A stretch of 64,000 nucleotides of DNA from Antechinus flavipes (lineage: Eukaryota): assembly GCF_016432865.1 (NCBI RefSeq), contig NC_067400.1, positions 632,896,001-632,960,000 on the forward strand. Reading direction: 5' to 3'. Of the stretch, positions 17,341-30,900 are shown piece by piece; positions within the stretch are counted from its first letter, which is position 1; each line of letters begins with the position of its first letter. A program made the position numbers and the translations under genes. Below the pieces are notes generated by a model that was not told the DNA's origin, made no database searches, and saw nothing but the letters and a program-made list of their open reading frames with translations.

Positions 17341-20300
17341 GCAAAAAGAAAGAGGGAGAAGTTAGGAAAAGGAAAAGAAAGATGGAAAAGGAAGAAAGGG
17401 AAGAAAAGCCTGAAGAGAGAAAAGAAAAGGATGAAGGCAAGGAAATAAGAAAGAGGGGTAAATAAAAAAGGGAGGAAGATGAAAAGGAAGAGAGAAGATT
17501 GCTTTGAGTGGGAGTGAAAGAAAAGAAGAGAAGGATAAAGAAGGGAAGGAGGGGGGAAGAAGGCAGATGAGAGTGACCAGCAGAAGAAAATGGAGAGGAG
17601 GAAGAGGAGGGGAGAGAGTCAGTGGCACGTGGATGGATGACAGTGAGGGCTATAGACTCCCCTCCTTCAAGCCAGAGGATGACTGTCCACAGTCTCATTG
17701 GTCACAACTTGCAGGTTCTTGAGGGAGGAAGGGGGAATGTAAGAGGTGTGGGAGAAAGGGAGATAGAGAAAGGGCAAAAGGTTAGAGTTTGAGGGGGGAA
17801 GGAGAGACAAATGTGGGAGAGGACTTACAGAAAAGGAGGAGAGGGGAAACAGAAGAAGAGGAAAGAAAAAAGAGAGGGAGAGATAGGGAAGAGGAAAAGA
17901 AAGAACAGAAGAGAGAAAAGGCAAAGAAAAAGGGAGACACTTGGGAGAGAAGAGAAGGAAGAGAAAGTGGGAGACAGAGCAAGGAAGAAATGGAGAGGAG
18001 GAAGAGGAGGGGAAGATAATGGGAAGAAAGGGAAGAAAAGCCTGAAGAGAGAAAAGAAAGGAAAGAGAAAAGAAATGAGGGGATTGTGAGGAAGAAAACA
18101 ATGTGGGAGAGAAAGTAGCGGAGGAGATAAGGAGGAAAAGGAGAGAAACAGAAAAGGAAAATTAGGAACTGTGAGGCAGAAGAAGAGAGAGGACAGGGGA
18201 GAGACAGAGAAAGCTGGAGAGAGAAAGAGACCTCAGAGACAAAGGCAAAGACAGAGAAACAGAGATCTGGGGGAGAGGAAGGGACAGAGAAGAGAAGGGG
18301 AGAGGTAAAATAAATGGGACAGAGGAAAGAGACAGAAGGGATGAGAAGGGGAAAGTTAGAGGGAATGAGAAATGGAGAAAGTGGAAAAGTGATGGAGGAA
18401 GGAGAGAGATAATGAGTGATAGAAGAAAGAAAGAAAGGGAGGAGAGAAGAGACCAAAAATAGGGGGAACAGGAAAGATGTAGAGAGGGAATATGAGAGAG
18501 AGAGAGAGAAGAAAAAAGAGAGGGAAGAGATAAAAGGAAGAGAAAGAAGAGACAGAGAAATGGGGGAAGAGAAAGGAAATAGAATGAAAAGTGGAGGAGA
18601 GAAAAAGAGAGGGAGAGAAGGGGCAAGAAGAGAGGAGAAAAGGAAAGTGGGAGAGCAAAAAGGAGAGAATAAAAAAGGAATAAGAATAAGGACATAAGGA
18701 ATAAGGAAAGAGAATGAAGAAAGAGGAGGTAGAGGGAAGAGAGAATGAAAAAAAGGCAGAAAGAGGAATCAAAAATGGGGGAAGAAAAAGGAGATAGGGA
18801 AAGGAGAGAAGAGAAAGATCGAAAGTTAGAGGCAAAACAAAGGGTGAGAGAGAAAGGGAGGAGAAGAGAAAAAAGAGACAAAAGGAGAAAATAAGAGAGA
18901 GAAAAGAGGAAGAGAGACGGAGGGGAGGAAAGAGTAAAGAGAGGAAGGGAGAAATTTAAGGGGAGAGAGATGGAAATAAAGAGGGAGGGGAGAGATGTAA
19001 AGATAAAGGCTAGAGAGGGAGAGAGTATGATAGGAAAGAGAGGAAAAAGAAGAGATTGTGAGAAAGAGAGAAAAAGGGAAAGGGATAGAGAATAAGGGGA
19101 GAATGAATAGAGAGGAAGGGAAATGAAAAGAATGAGAAAAGAAAAAGAGGGAAGAAGAAAGAGAGAGAGTGAGTTAGTAAGGAAAAAGATGAAAGGAAGG
19201 GAGAGATGGGGAGAGAAAAAGGGAAGAGAGGAAAGAGATAAGAAAGAAGAGGAGAGAGGTGGAGAAAAGAAGATAGTTTAAAGGGAGTGAGTGAGGGAAA
19301 AGTGGGAAAATGGAGAGGAGAAAGGCAAGAAAGGTGGAGAGAATCATGGAAGAGAGGAGACAAATAGAGATGAGGAAGTGATAAACAGGACAGGAGAAGA
19401 GAAAGAATGAGAGAAAGGAAAGTGGGAAAAGAGGAGGGGAGACGGAAGAAAGACAAAGCGGAGAGAAGACAGACAGAGGGAGATGGAAGAGATAAGATAA
19501 GTGGAGAGAGAGTGATAGATGGAAGAGAGATCTACAAGGAGAAGTGAGGAGAGAAGAGAAGGAAGAGACAGGAAAGGAAGGAAGAGAAAGTGGGAGACAG
19601 AGCAAGGAAGAAATGGAGAGAAGAGGAATAAAGTGTGTTTGAGAGGAGAAAGAAAAGATAATAAAATGGGGAAGAGAGAGGGGAGAAAAAAGGAAAGAAT
19701 AGACGGGAGTAAAATTAGAGAGAAGAGAGAGGGAGGGAAAGAGGAAGAGAGGAGGAAAATGAGAGAGGGAAGGAAAGAAAAAGAGGAGGCAAAGGGAGAA
19801 AGAAATGGAGAGGAGAGATGGAGGAAGACAGGAGCAGACAGAGGAGGAGAGGGAAAGTTAGAGATGGCATGAGAAAGAGGAAAAGAAAGAACAGAAGAGA
19901 GAAAAGGCAAAGAAAAAGGGAGACACTTGGGAGAGAAGAGAAAGAGGTAAAGAGAGGGGGAAAGATGACATAGAGAAGTGGGAGGAGCAGCGTGAGGGAG
20001 AGAAAGGGAAAGGAAGAGAGAAGTGGAAAGAAAGGCATAGAGGAGGGAGAGATAGGGAAGAGGAAAAGAAAGAAGGAAAGAAAAGAAAGGAAAGAGAAAG
20101 AAAGAGGAGGGGAAGATAATGGGAAGAAAGGGAAAGAGAAAAACAACAAGGGAAAGATGGAGTGACAGATGGAGAAAGTGAAAAAGAGATGGAGAGAGAA
20201 GAAAGAGGGAAAAGGAGTGAAAGACAGGTGAAAAGGTGCAGAGAGAGGGAGAGGAGAGGAGAGGGAGGGGACAAAGAAACAGAGTGGAAAGAAAAGAGAA

Positions 20301-23300
20301 AGTGAGGAGAGAAATGGAGAAATTTAGAGTGACAGGTGGAGAGAAAGGTTAGAGAGGGAGGGAGTGTGATAGGAAAGAGGAGAGGAAGAAGAGAGGAAAG
20401 AAGATTGTGAGGGAAAGAGAAGCAAGGGAAAAGGAGTAAATATAAAGGGGAGGGAAGAACAGGTAGAGAGGAAAAGGAAGTAGAGAAAATGAGAAGGAAA
20501 GAATAAGAGGGAAGCAAAAAGTTAGGAAGGAAGGGAGAGGTGGAAAGAGAAAGGGGGAAAAGAGTAAAAATAAGAAGGGACAGGAGGGGGGAAAGGAAGA
20601 TAGTTTAAAGTGAGTAAGAAAAAGTAGGAAAGAGATAGAGGGGAGAAAGGCAAGACAGGCAGACAAGAGTCATGAAGGACAGGAGACAAATAAAGAAGAG
20701 AGGGAGGGATAAATGAGGAAGGAGAAGAGATGGAGAGAAGAAGAGGGAGAAGGTGACAATAAGGGAAAGGAAAGTGGGGAAAGGGTAGAGAGAGGAAAGA
20801 GTAGAAACAGGAGAGCGTGTGAGTGAGGAAAAATGAAAAGAGGGAGAGGATGCAGCAAAACAGGGAAGAGAGGAGAATAGGGGAAAAGGAGGGATAGAGG
20901 GGAATAAAATTAAATGTGAGAGAAAAGAGAGAGGGAGGGAAAGGGGAACAGAGGAGGAAAATGAGAGAGGGAAGGAAAGAGAAAAGAGGAGGCAAAGGGA
21001 AAAGAGAAAGGAGAAAGAAATGGAGACGAGAGATGGAGGGAGACAGGAGCAGACAGGAGGAGAAGGAAAGTTAGAGATGGCATGAGAAAGAGGAAAGGAA
21101 AGAGTGGAAGAGAGAAAAGGCAAAGAAAAAGGGAGACACATGGGAGAGAAGAGAAAGGGGTAAAGAGAGGGGGGAAGGTGACATAGAGAAGTGGGAGGAG
21201 CAGTGTGAGGGAGAGAAAGGGAAAGGAAGAGAGAAGTGGAAAAAAAGGCATAGAGGAGGATGAGACAGGGAAGAGGAAAAGGAAAGGAAAGATAGGAGAA
21301 AAAAAGATGAGGGGAAGAGAATGGAGAGACAGGGAGAGAGAAAAAACAGCAAGGGAAAGTTGGAGGGACAGAGGAGAAAGTGAAAATGAGATGGAGAGAG
21401 AGGAGGGAAAAAGGGAAAAGGAGTGAGACAGGAGAAAAGGTGCAGAGAGAGAGAGAGGAGAGGAGAGGGAGGGGACAAAGAAACAGACAGAGTGGGAAGA
21501 AAAGAGAAAGTGAGGAGAGAAATGGAGAAATTTAGAGAGAGAAGACATAGAGGGGAGTAAAATTGTGAGAGAGAAGAGAGAGGGAGGGAAAGGGGAAAGA
21601 GGGGAAAGTGAAAAAAGATGATGGAGGAGGGAGAAAGTGCAACGAGAGAGTTGAGAGGTGGGGAGAGAGTTATGGAGAGGTAAGGAGAAGGGAGGAAGTA
21701 GAAAAGCATGAGGGAGGGGGAGGGGAGAGAGGGACAGAAAAGGGAAAGAAGAGAGGAGACAGAAAAACAGAGAAGAAAAGAGACAAAAATAGGGAAGAGA
21801 GAAAGGTAGAAGGTAGAGGTAGTGAGAGAGGGAGAGGAAAAAGACGGGGAGAAGAGAGGAAAGAGATAACAGGGAGATAGATGGGGGGACAAAGTAGATA
21901 GAGAAGAGGAAAGGGAAAATTAGAGGAGTGAGTGAGACAGAGCAAAGAAGAGAGTGGAGAGAGAAAGGGAGAAGAGCAGAGGGCAGAGAAAATGAGAGAA
22001 GACGAATGGAGAGAAAAGGGTAGAGGAGGAAGAGAGACTAATAGGGAAGAAATGGAAAGGGGAAGGGGAAAAGTGACAGTAAGGGAGCAAGGGAGAGAGG
22101 GAGTCAAAAGGAAGGGAAGGGAAGATGGGGAAAGAAGAGGGAAAGAGAGCAGAGAGCAAGTGTAAGTACAGGGGAGAGGAGAGAGGAAGATGGAGAAGAG
22201 AAGGGGGTTGAGAGAAAGCAAAGGAGAGGGGAGAGAATAAGAGTGAAAGAGGGCAAATGAGCAGGGAGGAAAGAAGGAAGTGGGGGGAGAAGAGAGGGAA
22301 AGAAAGAGAGAAGCAGAGAAGGAAAATTAGAAAGGCAGTGAAAGAGTCAGAGGAGGGGAGGGAGAGGGGAGAGAAGTGAAAAATCGGAGGGAGGGAGAGG
22401 GAAAAGTGAGAAAGGGAAGGAGGGAAGAATAGAGAAGTGGGAGGAGCAGCGTGAGGGAGAGAAAGGGAAAGGAAGAGAGAAGTGGAAAGAAAGGCATAGA
22501 GGAGGGAGAGATAGGGAAGAGGAAAAGAAAGAGAGAAAAGAAAGGAAAGAGAAAGAAAGAGGAGGGGAAGACAGGAGCAGACAGGAGGAGAGGGAAAGTT
22601 AGAGATGGCGTGAGAAAGAGGAAAGGAAAGAGTGGAAGAGAGAAAAGGCAAAGAAAAAGGGAGACACTTGGGAGAGAAGAAAAAGAGGTAAAGAGAGGGG
22701 GGAAAGATGACATAGAGAAGTGGGAAGAGCAGAGTGAGGGAGAGGAAGGGAAAGGAAGAGAGAAGTGGAAAGACAGGCATAGAGAGAGGGACAGAAAAGG
22801 GAAAGAAGAGAGGAGACAGAAAAACAGAAGAAAAGAGACAAAAATAGCGAAGAGAGAAATAAAGGTAGAAGGTAGAGGTAGTGAGAGAGAGGGAGAGGAA
22901 AAAGACGGGGAGAAAAGAGGAAAGAGATAACAGGGAGATAGAGGGGGGGACAAAGGAGATAGAGAAGAGGAAAGGGAAAATTAGAGGAGTGAGACAGCAA
23001 AGAAGAAAGTGGGGAGAGAAGAGAGAACAGGGAGATAGATGGGGGGACAAACATGTAGAAAGAGGAGGGAGAGTAGAGAAGGGGAAGAAAGGGTGGGGGT
23101 GGAGAGGAGTAAAGTTATAAGGAATGAGAGAGGAAAAGAGAGGGAGAGAGGAAAGGCCAGAAAGTTAGAGATGGCATGAGAAGAGGAAAGGAAAGAGTGG
23201 AAGAGAGAAAAGGCAAAGAAAAAGGGAGACACTTGGGAGAGAAGAGAAAGGGGTAAAGAGAGGGGGGAAGGTGACATAGAGAAGTGGGAGGAGCAGTGTG

Positions 23301-26300
23301 AGGGAGAGAAAGGGAAAGGAAGAGAGAAGTGGAAAAAAAGGCATAGAGGAGGGAGAGGAGAAGAGGCTGGGGAAAAGGAAAAGGAAAGTTTAGAGTGAAG
23401 AGAGTCAGAAAAAGGAGGGGGAGAGAGGAGACAGAAAAGGGGGTGAGAGGAAAAAGGAGACAGAAAAGGGGGTGTGGAAAGGGCGAAAGTTAGAGGGAGG
23501 GAGAGAAGTGAAAATGAGATGGAGAGAGAGGAGGGAAAAAGGGAAAAGGAGTGAGACAGCAAAGAAGAAAGTGGGGAGAGAAAGAGAGAACAGGGAGATA
23601 GAAGGGGGGACAAAGGAGATAGAGAAGAGGAAAGGAAGAGAGAGAAAGAGGAGGGAGAGATAGGGAAGAGGAAAAGAAAGAGAGAAGCAGAGAAGGAAAA
23701 TTAGAAAGGCAGTGAAAGAGTCAGAGGAGGGGAGGGAGAGAAGTGAAAAATCGGAGGGAGGGAGAGAAGTGAAAAATCGGAGGGAGGGAGAGGGAAAAGT
23801 GAGAAAGGGAAGGAGGGAAGAATAGAGAAGTGGGAAGAGCAGAGTGAGGGAGAGGAAGGGAAAGGAAGAGAGAAGTGGAAAGAAAGGCATAGAGGAGGGA
23901 GAGGAGAGAGGGACAGAAAAGGGAAAGAAGAGAGGAGACAGAAAAACAGAGAAGAAAAGAGACAAAAATAGGGAAGAGAGAAAGGTAGAAGGTAGAGGTA
24001 GTGAGAGAGGGAGAGGAAAAAGACGGGGAGAAGAGAGGAAAGAGATAACAGGGAGATAGATGGGGGACAAACATGTAGAAAGAGGAGGGAGAGGAGAAAG
24101 GGAAAATTAGAGGAGTGAGACAGCAAAGAAGAAAGTGGGGAGAGAAAGAGAGAGGGAGAGACAGAGACAGAGAAAGAGAAAAAGAAGGGGGACCAACATG
24201 TAGAAAGAGGAGGGAGAGGAGAGAGGGAAAGAGAGGGAGAGAAGAAAGGCCAGAAAGTTAGAGAGGAAGGGAGAGAGGAGAGAGGGAAAGAAGGGAGAGA
24301 GGAGAGAGGGAAAGAAGGGAGAGAGGAGAGAGGGAAAGAAGGGAGAGAGGAGAGAGGGAAAGAAGGGAGAGAGAAGAGACAGAAAGAGAAAAACAGAGGG
24401 GGACGGAGGAAAGGGAGAAGGTGAGAAACAGAGGAGAGAGAGGGAGAGGAAAAAGGGAAATATGGGAGAGTAAGAAAAGAAGAGAGGGAAGGAGAAAAGG
24501 AAAGGATGAAGAGAGAGAAGAGACAGAAAGACAGAAAAGGAGATAGGGTGGAGAAGAAAAGGTAAAGGGAGGAAAAGAAAATGGAGGGAAAGACGGAAAC
24601 TTAGAGAGGGAAAGAGAGGGAGAGAGGAAAGGCCAGAAAGTTAGAGAGGAAGGGAGAGAGGAGAGAGGGAAAGAAGGGAGAGAGAAGAGACAACATTGGG
24701 AAGAGACGTGGAGAGAGAGGAGAAAGAAAGGGGAAGTTGGAGGGAGGGGGAAAGTGGAGAGTGAATGGAGGACGAAAAGAGAAGAGGAAAGGGCAGAGGG
24801 GAGGGAGAAAGTGGAAGAGACGGAAAGGGAGAAAGGTGAAGAGAATGAAGGAAATAGGAGAAGAGTAGAGGGAAAGGAGCAAGTGAGAAAGAGAGAAGGA
24901 AAGAATTAGAAAAGGATAGAAAAAGGAGAGTATTAGAGGAGAAAGGGAAGTGAGAGAATGAGAGTAAACAAGAGAAAGAAAGAGAGAAGGAAAGAATTAG
25001 AAAAGGATAGAAAAAGGAGAGTATTAGAGGAGAAAGGGAAGTGAGAGAATGAGAGTAAACAAGAGAAAGAAAGAGAGTAAGGGCAGGGTGAGAGAGTAAG
25101 GAGAAAGAGAGAGGAAACAGCAAAGGGGGAAAATTAGAGATCGAGTGAGTCGTAGGAAGAGAGGCAGAGAAAGGGAAAAGAATTAGAACAGAAAAGAGAG
25201 ATGGGGAGAGAAAAGGGGGAAGAAATGAAGGCCAGATAGAGGGGAAGGAGGAAAGTTGAGAGGGAGCAAGCGATGGAGGTAAGAAAGGGAAAGCTCAAAG
25301 AGGGAGGTGGAAAAAGGGAGGCAGAAGGAAAGCAAGGCAAAGAGAAGGAGAGTAGAAGAGAGAAAATGAGGGGAAAGGGGGAATGAGAAGAGGGGAGAGG
25401 AAAAAGGGAAATATGGGAGAGTAAGAAAAGAAGAGAGGGAAGGAGAAAAGGAAAGGATGAAGAGAGAGAAGAGACAGAAAGACAGAAAAGGAGATAGGGT
25501 GGAGAAGAAAAGGTAAAGGGAGGAAAAGAAAATGGAGGGAAAGACGGAAACTTAGAGAGGGAAAGAGAAAGAAAGGGGAGAGAAGAAAAAGAGGTAAAGA
25601 GAGGGGGGAAAGATGACATAGAGAAGTGGGAAGAGCAGAGTGAGGGAGAGGAAGGGAAAGGAAGAGAGAAGTGGAAAGACAGGCATAGAGAGAGGGACAG
25701 AAAAGGGAAAGAAGAGAGGAGACAGAAAAACAGAGAAGAAAAGAGACAAAAATAGGGAAGAGAGAAGGTAGAAGGTAGAGATAGTGAGAGAGAGGGAGAG
25801 GAAAAAGACGGGGAGAAAAGAGGAAAGAGATAACAGGGAGATAGAAGGGGGGACAAAGGAGATAGAGAAGAGGAAAGGGAAAATTAGAGGAGTGAGACAG
25901 CAAAGAAGAAAGTGGGGAGAGAAAGAGAGAACAGGGAGATAGATGGGGGACAAACATGTAGAAAGAGGAGGGAGAGTAGAGAAGGGGAAGAAAGGGTGGG
26001 GGTGGAGAGGAGTAAAGTTATAAGGAATGAGAGAGGAAAAGAGAGGAGAGAGAAAGGCCAGAAAGTTAGAGAGGAAGGGAGAGAGGAGAGAGGGAAAGAA
26101 GGGAGAGAGAAGAGACAAAATTGGGAAACAGAAGAGACAAAATTGGGAAGAGCCGTGGAGAGAGAGGAGAAAGAAAGGGGAAGTTGGAGGGAGGGGAAAA
26201 GTGGAGAGTGAATGGAGGACGAAAAGAGAAGAGGAAAGGGCAGAGGGGAGGGAGAAAGTGGAAGAGACGGAAAGGGAGAAAGGTGAAGAGAATGAAGGAA

Positions 26301-27593
26301 ATAGGAGAGAAGAGGGGAAAGGAGGGACCAACATGTGGAGTTTTTTGGGGGGGGTTCAACTGCGGCTGATCAGGGTCCGGCACCTCGGGGCTGGACTCTA
26401 ACTCTTCCTCTGGGCTAACTCAGTCCTGCTTAGCTCCCAGAGCCCGGCCCAGGCCGTGGGCAGAGTCTCCCAGGTCACACTGTCAATTCTAAGTTCTGCA
26501 GGAGCCCCTGAGAGTGTCCTCGTGTGGCTCTTTCTGGCTATCTTGTGAGTGCTTGGCCCCCGTGAGTTCTTCATGAAAGTCTTTTCCGGGCAAGGGGCTC
26601 GCCCCGTGTGGCCAGCCCAATGGAGCTGCGCTCTCCCCAGGGAGCTGGAATGCTGGGTAATTCAGTTCCGGAAGGGATCCAAGTGTCTGGTAGTGCCAGC
26701 GCTAGGGGAAAGAAGGGGAGGGGAAGAGAGGAAGAAGAAAGGAAAGTAAGATTAAGAGAAAGGAGGAAAGAGAGTGAGAAAGGGGAGAGAAGAAAGAAGA
26801 GAGAGAAAAGGGAGAGAGGAGACAGAATTAAGAGAGTGAAAAGAAAGGAAAAAGGAGACAGAAAGGAAAGGCAGAGAGAGGAAAGAGACAGACAACAGAG
26901 AGGAGATAAAAATGAGGATGAGGAAGGAGACCATCAAAAGGGGAAAGAAAGGAGAGATAGAAAGGTATGGAAAGTGGGAAGGTGGGATAGAGGGAAAGAG
27001 GAAGAGGGATATGGAAGAGGGAGAAGAGAAAATGAAAGATGGAGGAAGAAAGAGAAGAAGAGGGAAGGAGAAAAAAAGGAGTGTGGATAGTAGGGAGGAA
27101 AGAGTTTCGAGAAGAGAGGATGGAGAAGAGGGGAGGAAGTTAAAGTTAGGGAAATAAGGAGAAAGGGAAAAAAGAGTGAGAGGAAAGAGAAAGAAAGAAC
27201 TGCACAAGAAGGGAGGGGGAAGGAGAGAGAACAGAAAGCGGGAAGAAAGAAGAGAGAGAAAAGGGAGAGAGGAGACAGAAGGGATGGAAAGGGGAACATT
27301 AGTGGGAAGAGAACATTAGAAGGAGAGAAAGGAGAGGAAAAGAGAAAGTAGAAGAGAAAACAAGGACGAGGGAAGGAAGGGTAAAGTAAGAGATTAAGAG
27401 AAAGAGAAGGAGGGAGAAAGGGGAGAGATGGAAGGGAAGAAAAGAAGGGGAATGAAAGGAGAGAAGGGAGGGAAGAAGAAGGAAAAGAAGGAGGAGAAAG
27501 AAGAGAGAAGGGAAAACGGAAAAAGTGGAAGATAGCTTCCTATCAGTTCCAGAGAAAAAGATGTTCCCCTCTCCCCTTCTCCCCTCCTCCCCT

Positions 27594-27617
27594 CCCCCCC
27601 CCCCCCCCCCCCCCCCC
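27594..27617. repeat. Poly-C homopolymer (24 nt)
   Basis: Direct count. Confidence 0.9.
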
Positions 27618-27839
27618 GATTAAACTCATGGCCTCTAATCTCCCACCGGACACCTAAATCTCGCTCGGACTTCCGCTACCTCTCTCAGCTTCCTTTCCCT
27701 TCTCATGGGAGGCCTGGAGAGTGGAGCACCCTACTCCTCCCAGCGCCCTTCTCATGGAGGGCAGAGCCTGGACTTTCCCACTGCATCCCTTGCTCTGACT
27801 CCTTTCAATCCCTGCTACTCTCCCCCATAAACTCCCTGG

Positions 27840-27900
27840 GGGCACCTCAGCATAACAATGTCTGGCACTTAGTAGGTGCTTAATATTGAGTGGATTGGAT
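27840..27900 (+). mobile_element. L2 3'-tail fragment
   Basis: CATAACAATGTCTGGCACTTAGTAGGTGCTTAATA followed by a (TTGGA)-like tail. Confidence 0.6.
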
Positions 27901-30900
27901 TGGAAAGCAAAGAGAGAGTGGGGAGGAGGAAAGCAAAAGATTAAAAGGGAGGCAGAGAGAAAGAGAAAGAAAAAGGAGAGAAACACAGAAAAGGGAAGAA
28001 AGGAGACAAAGGAGAGGGAGAGGAAAGAAAGGTGAGAGACTGAGGAGAAGAGAAAGACAGAAAGAAGGGGGAAAGAAAGGAAGATGAAAAGAAAGGGACA
28101 AAGAAGGAAAGGAAGATAAGGCAGAAAAGGAGGGAGAGGGAAGAGTGGGTAGAGAGAGAGGGGAGAAGAAAGACAACAGTGAGAGTGAAAGTTATTAGAG
28201 GGAAAGAGGGGAGGAAGGAAAATGAGGGGAAAGGAGAGAAGAGAGAGAAAGAGGGAAATGAGAAAGAAAAGACAGAGAGGAGAGGGGAGATAGGAGATGG
28301 AGAGATAGAGAAAGTGAAAGGGGAAGGAGAGAAAGTGGAAGAGAAGCAAGGGAGGGAGAGATAGAAAGTGAGAGTAATGTTGCAGTGAGACAGTGGGAAA
28401 GAAAGGAAAGGAATAAAGGGGATAAGGAAATTAAGGGAGAGAGAACAAGGAGAAAAAAAGGAGAAGGGAGATGAGATAAGGAAGACAGAGGGAGAGAGAA
28501 AACGGGAAGAAGAGAAAGAGAGGGAAGAATGTAGAGGAAGAGAAAAGTAGGGAAAGGAGAGGGACAGAGAATGGAGAATGAGAGGAAGGGAGGGAGGTGG
28601 AAGAAGAAAGGAAAGGGAAAATTAGGGAAAGTGGCAGAAGGAGGGAGAGAGGTGAAGAAAAGGAGAGAGAAGACATGAAAAACAAGGGAGAAGAAGCAGA
28701 AAAAGAGGAGTGAGAAGGAGTAGGGGGAGTGAGAGTGAAAAGAAAGTAAAGGGAGAAAGTGGGAGAGGAAGGGAAAGTAAGAGATCAAGAGAGGGAAAGT
28801 TAGAAAGGGAGAAAGGAGAGAAAAAAGGCCAAGAGGTGAGAGAGAAGAGAGGGAAAGATGATAACAGAAGGGGGCGTGGAGAGGAGTACAGTTAAAGGGA
28901 GTAAGAAAGAGGGGAATAGAGGAAATGAGGGGGAGAGAGGAGGAAAGTGAGAGAGGGAAAGAGAGGGAGAGAAGAAAGGCCAGAAAGTTAGAGAGGAAGG
29001 GAGGGAGGTGGAAGAAGAAAGGAAAGGGAAAATTAGGGAAAGTGGCAGAAGGAGGGAGAGAGGTGAAGAAAAGGAGAGAGAAGACATGAAAAACAAGGGA
29101 GAAGAAGCAGAAAAAGACGAGTGAGAAGGAGTAGGGGGAGTGAGAGTGAAAAGAAAGTAAAGGGAGAAAGTGGGAGAGGAAGGGAAAGTAAGAGATCAAG
29201 AGAGGGAAAGTTAGAAAGGGAGAAAGGAGAGAAGAGAGAGAAAGAGGGAAATGAGAAAGAAAAGACAGAGAGGAGAGGGGAGATAGGAGATGGAGAGATA
29301 GAGAAAGTGAAAGGGGAAGGAGAGAAAGGAGAGAAAAAAGGCCAAGAGGTGAGAGAGAAGAGAGGGAAAGTTAGAAAGGGAGAAAGGAGAGAAACACAGA
29401 AAAGGGAAGAAAGGAGAGAAGGGAGGGAAGAAGAAGGAAAAGAAGGAGGAGAAAGAAGAAGAGAAAAATAAGAGATCCAGAAAGGGAAATTTAGAGAGAA
29501 AGAGAAAGAAAGGAGAGAAGAGAGAGAAAGAGGGAAATGAGAAAGAAAAGACAGAGAGGAGAGGGGAGATAGGAGATGGAGAGATAGAGAAAGTGAAAGG
29601 GGAAGGAGAGAAAGGAGAGAAAAAAGGCCAAGAGGTGAGAGAGAAGAGAGGGAAAGTTAGAAAGGGAGAAAGGAGAGAAACACAGAAAAGGGAAGAAAGG
29701 AGACAAAGGAGAGGGAGAGGAAAGAAAGGTGAGAGACTGAGGAGGAAGAGAAAGACAGAAAGAAGGGGGAAAGAAAGGAGAGAAGAGAGAGAAAAGGGAG
29801 AGATGGAAGGGAAGAAAAGAAGGGGAATGAAAGGAGAGAAGGGAGGGAAGAAGAAGGAAAAGAAGGAGGAGAAAGAAGAAGAGAAAAATAAGGGAGAGGA
29901 GACAGAAGGGATGGAAAGGGGAACATTAGTGGGAAGAGAACATTAGAAGGAGAGAAAGGAGAGAAAAAAGGCCAAGAGGTGAGAGAGAAGAGAGGGAAAG
30001 TTAGAAAGGGAGAAAGGAGAGAAGGGAGGGAAGAAGAAGGAAAAGAAGGAGGAGAAAGAAGAAGAGAAAAATAAGGGAGAGGAGACAGAAGGGATGGAAA
30101 GGGGAACATTAGTGGGAAGAGAACATTAGAAGGAGAGAAAGTGGGAGAGAAAGTGGGAGAGGAAGGGAAAGTAAGAGATCAAGAGAGGGAAAGTTAGAAA
30201 GGGAGAAAGGAGAGAAGAGAGAGAAAGAGGGAAATGAGAAAGAAAAGACAGAGAGGAGAGGGGAGATAGGAGATGGAGAGATAGAGAAAGTGAAAGGGGA
30301 AGGAGAGAAAGGAGAGAAGGGAGGGAAGAAGAAGGAAAAGAAGGAGGAGAAAGAAGAAGAGAAAAATAAGGGAGAGGAGACAGAATTAAGAGAGTGAAAA
30401 GAAAGAAAAAAAGGAGATGGAGAGGGAAAAGTTAAAGTGAAAGAAAAAGAGAGGGAGAGAGAGAAAGTAGAAGAGAAGGTAAGGGAGGAAGAAAATAGAG
30501 GAAAAATAAGAGATCCAGAAAGGGAAATTTAGAGAGAAAGAGAAAGAAAGGAGAGAAACACAGAAAAGGGAAGAAAGGAGACAAAGGAGAGGGAGAGGAA
30601 AGAAAGGTGAGAGACTGAGGAGGAAGAGAAAGACAGAAAGAAGGGGGAAAGAAAGGAGAGAAACACAGAAAAGGGAAGAAAGGAGACAAAGGAGAGGGAG
30701 AGGAAAGAAAGGTGAGAGACTGAGGAGGAAGAGAAAGACAGAAAGAAGGGGGAAAGAAAGGAAGATGAAAAGAAAGGGACAAAGAAGGAAAGGAAGATAA
30801 GGCAGAAAAGGAGGGAGAGGGAAGAGTGGGTAGAGAGAGAGGGGAGAAGAAAGACAACAGTGAGAGTGAAAGTTATTAGAGGGAAAGAGGGGAGGAAGGA

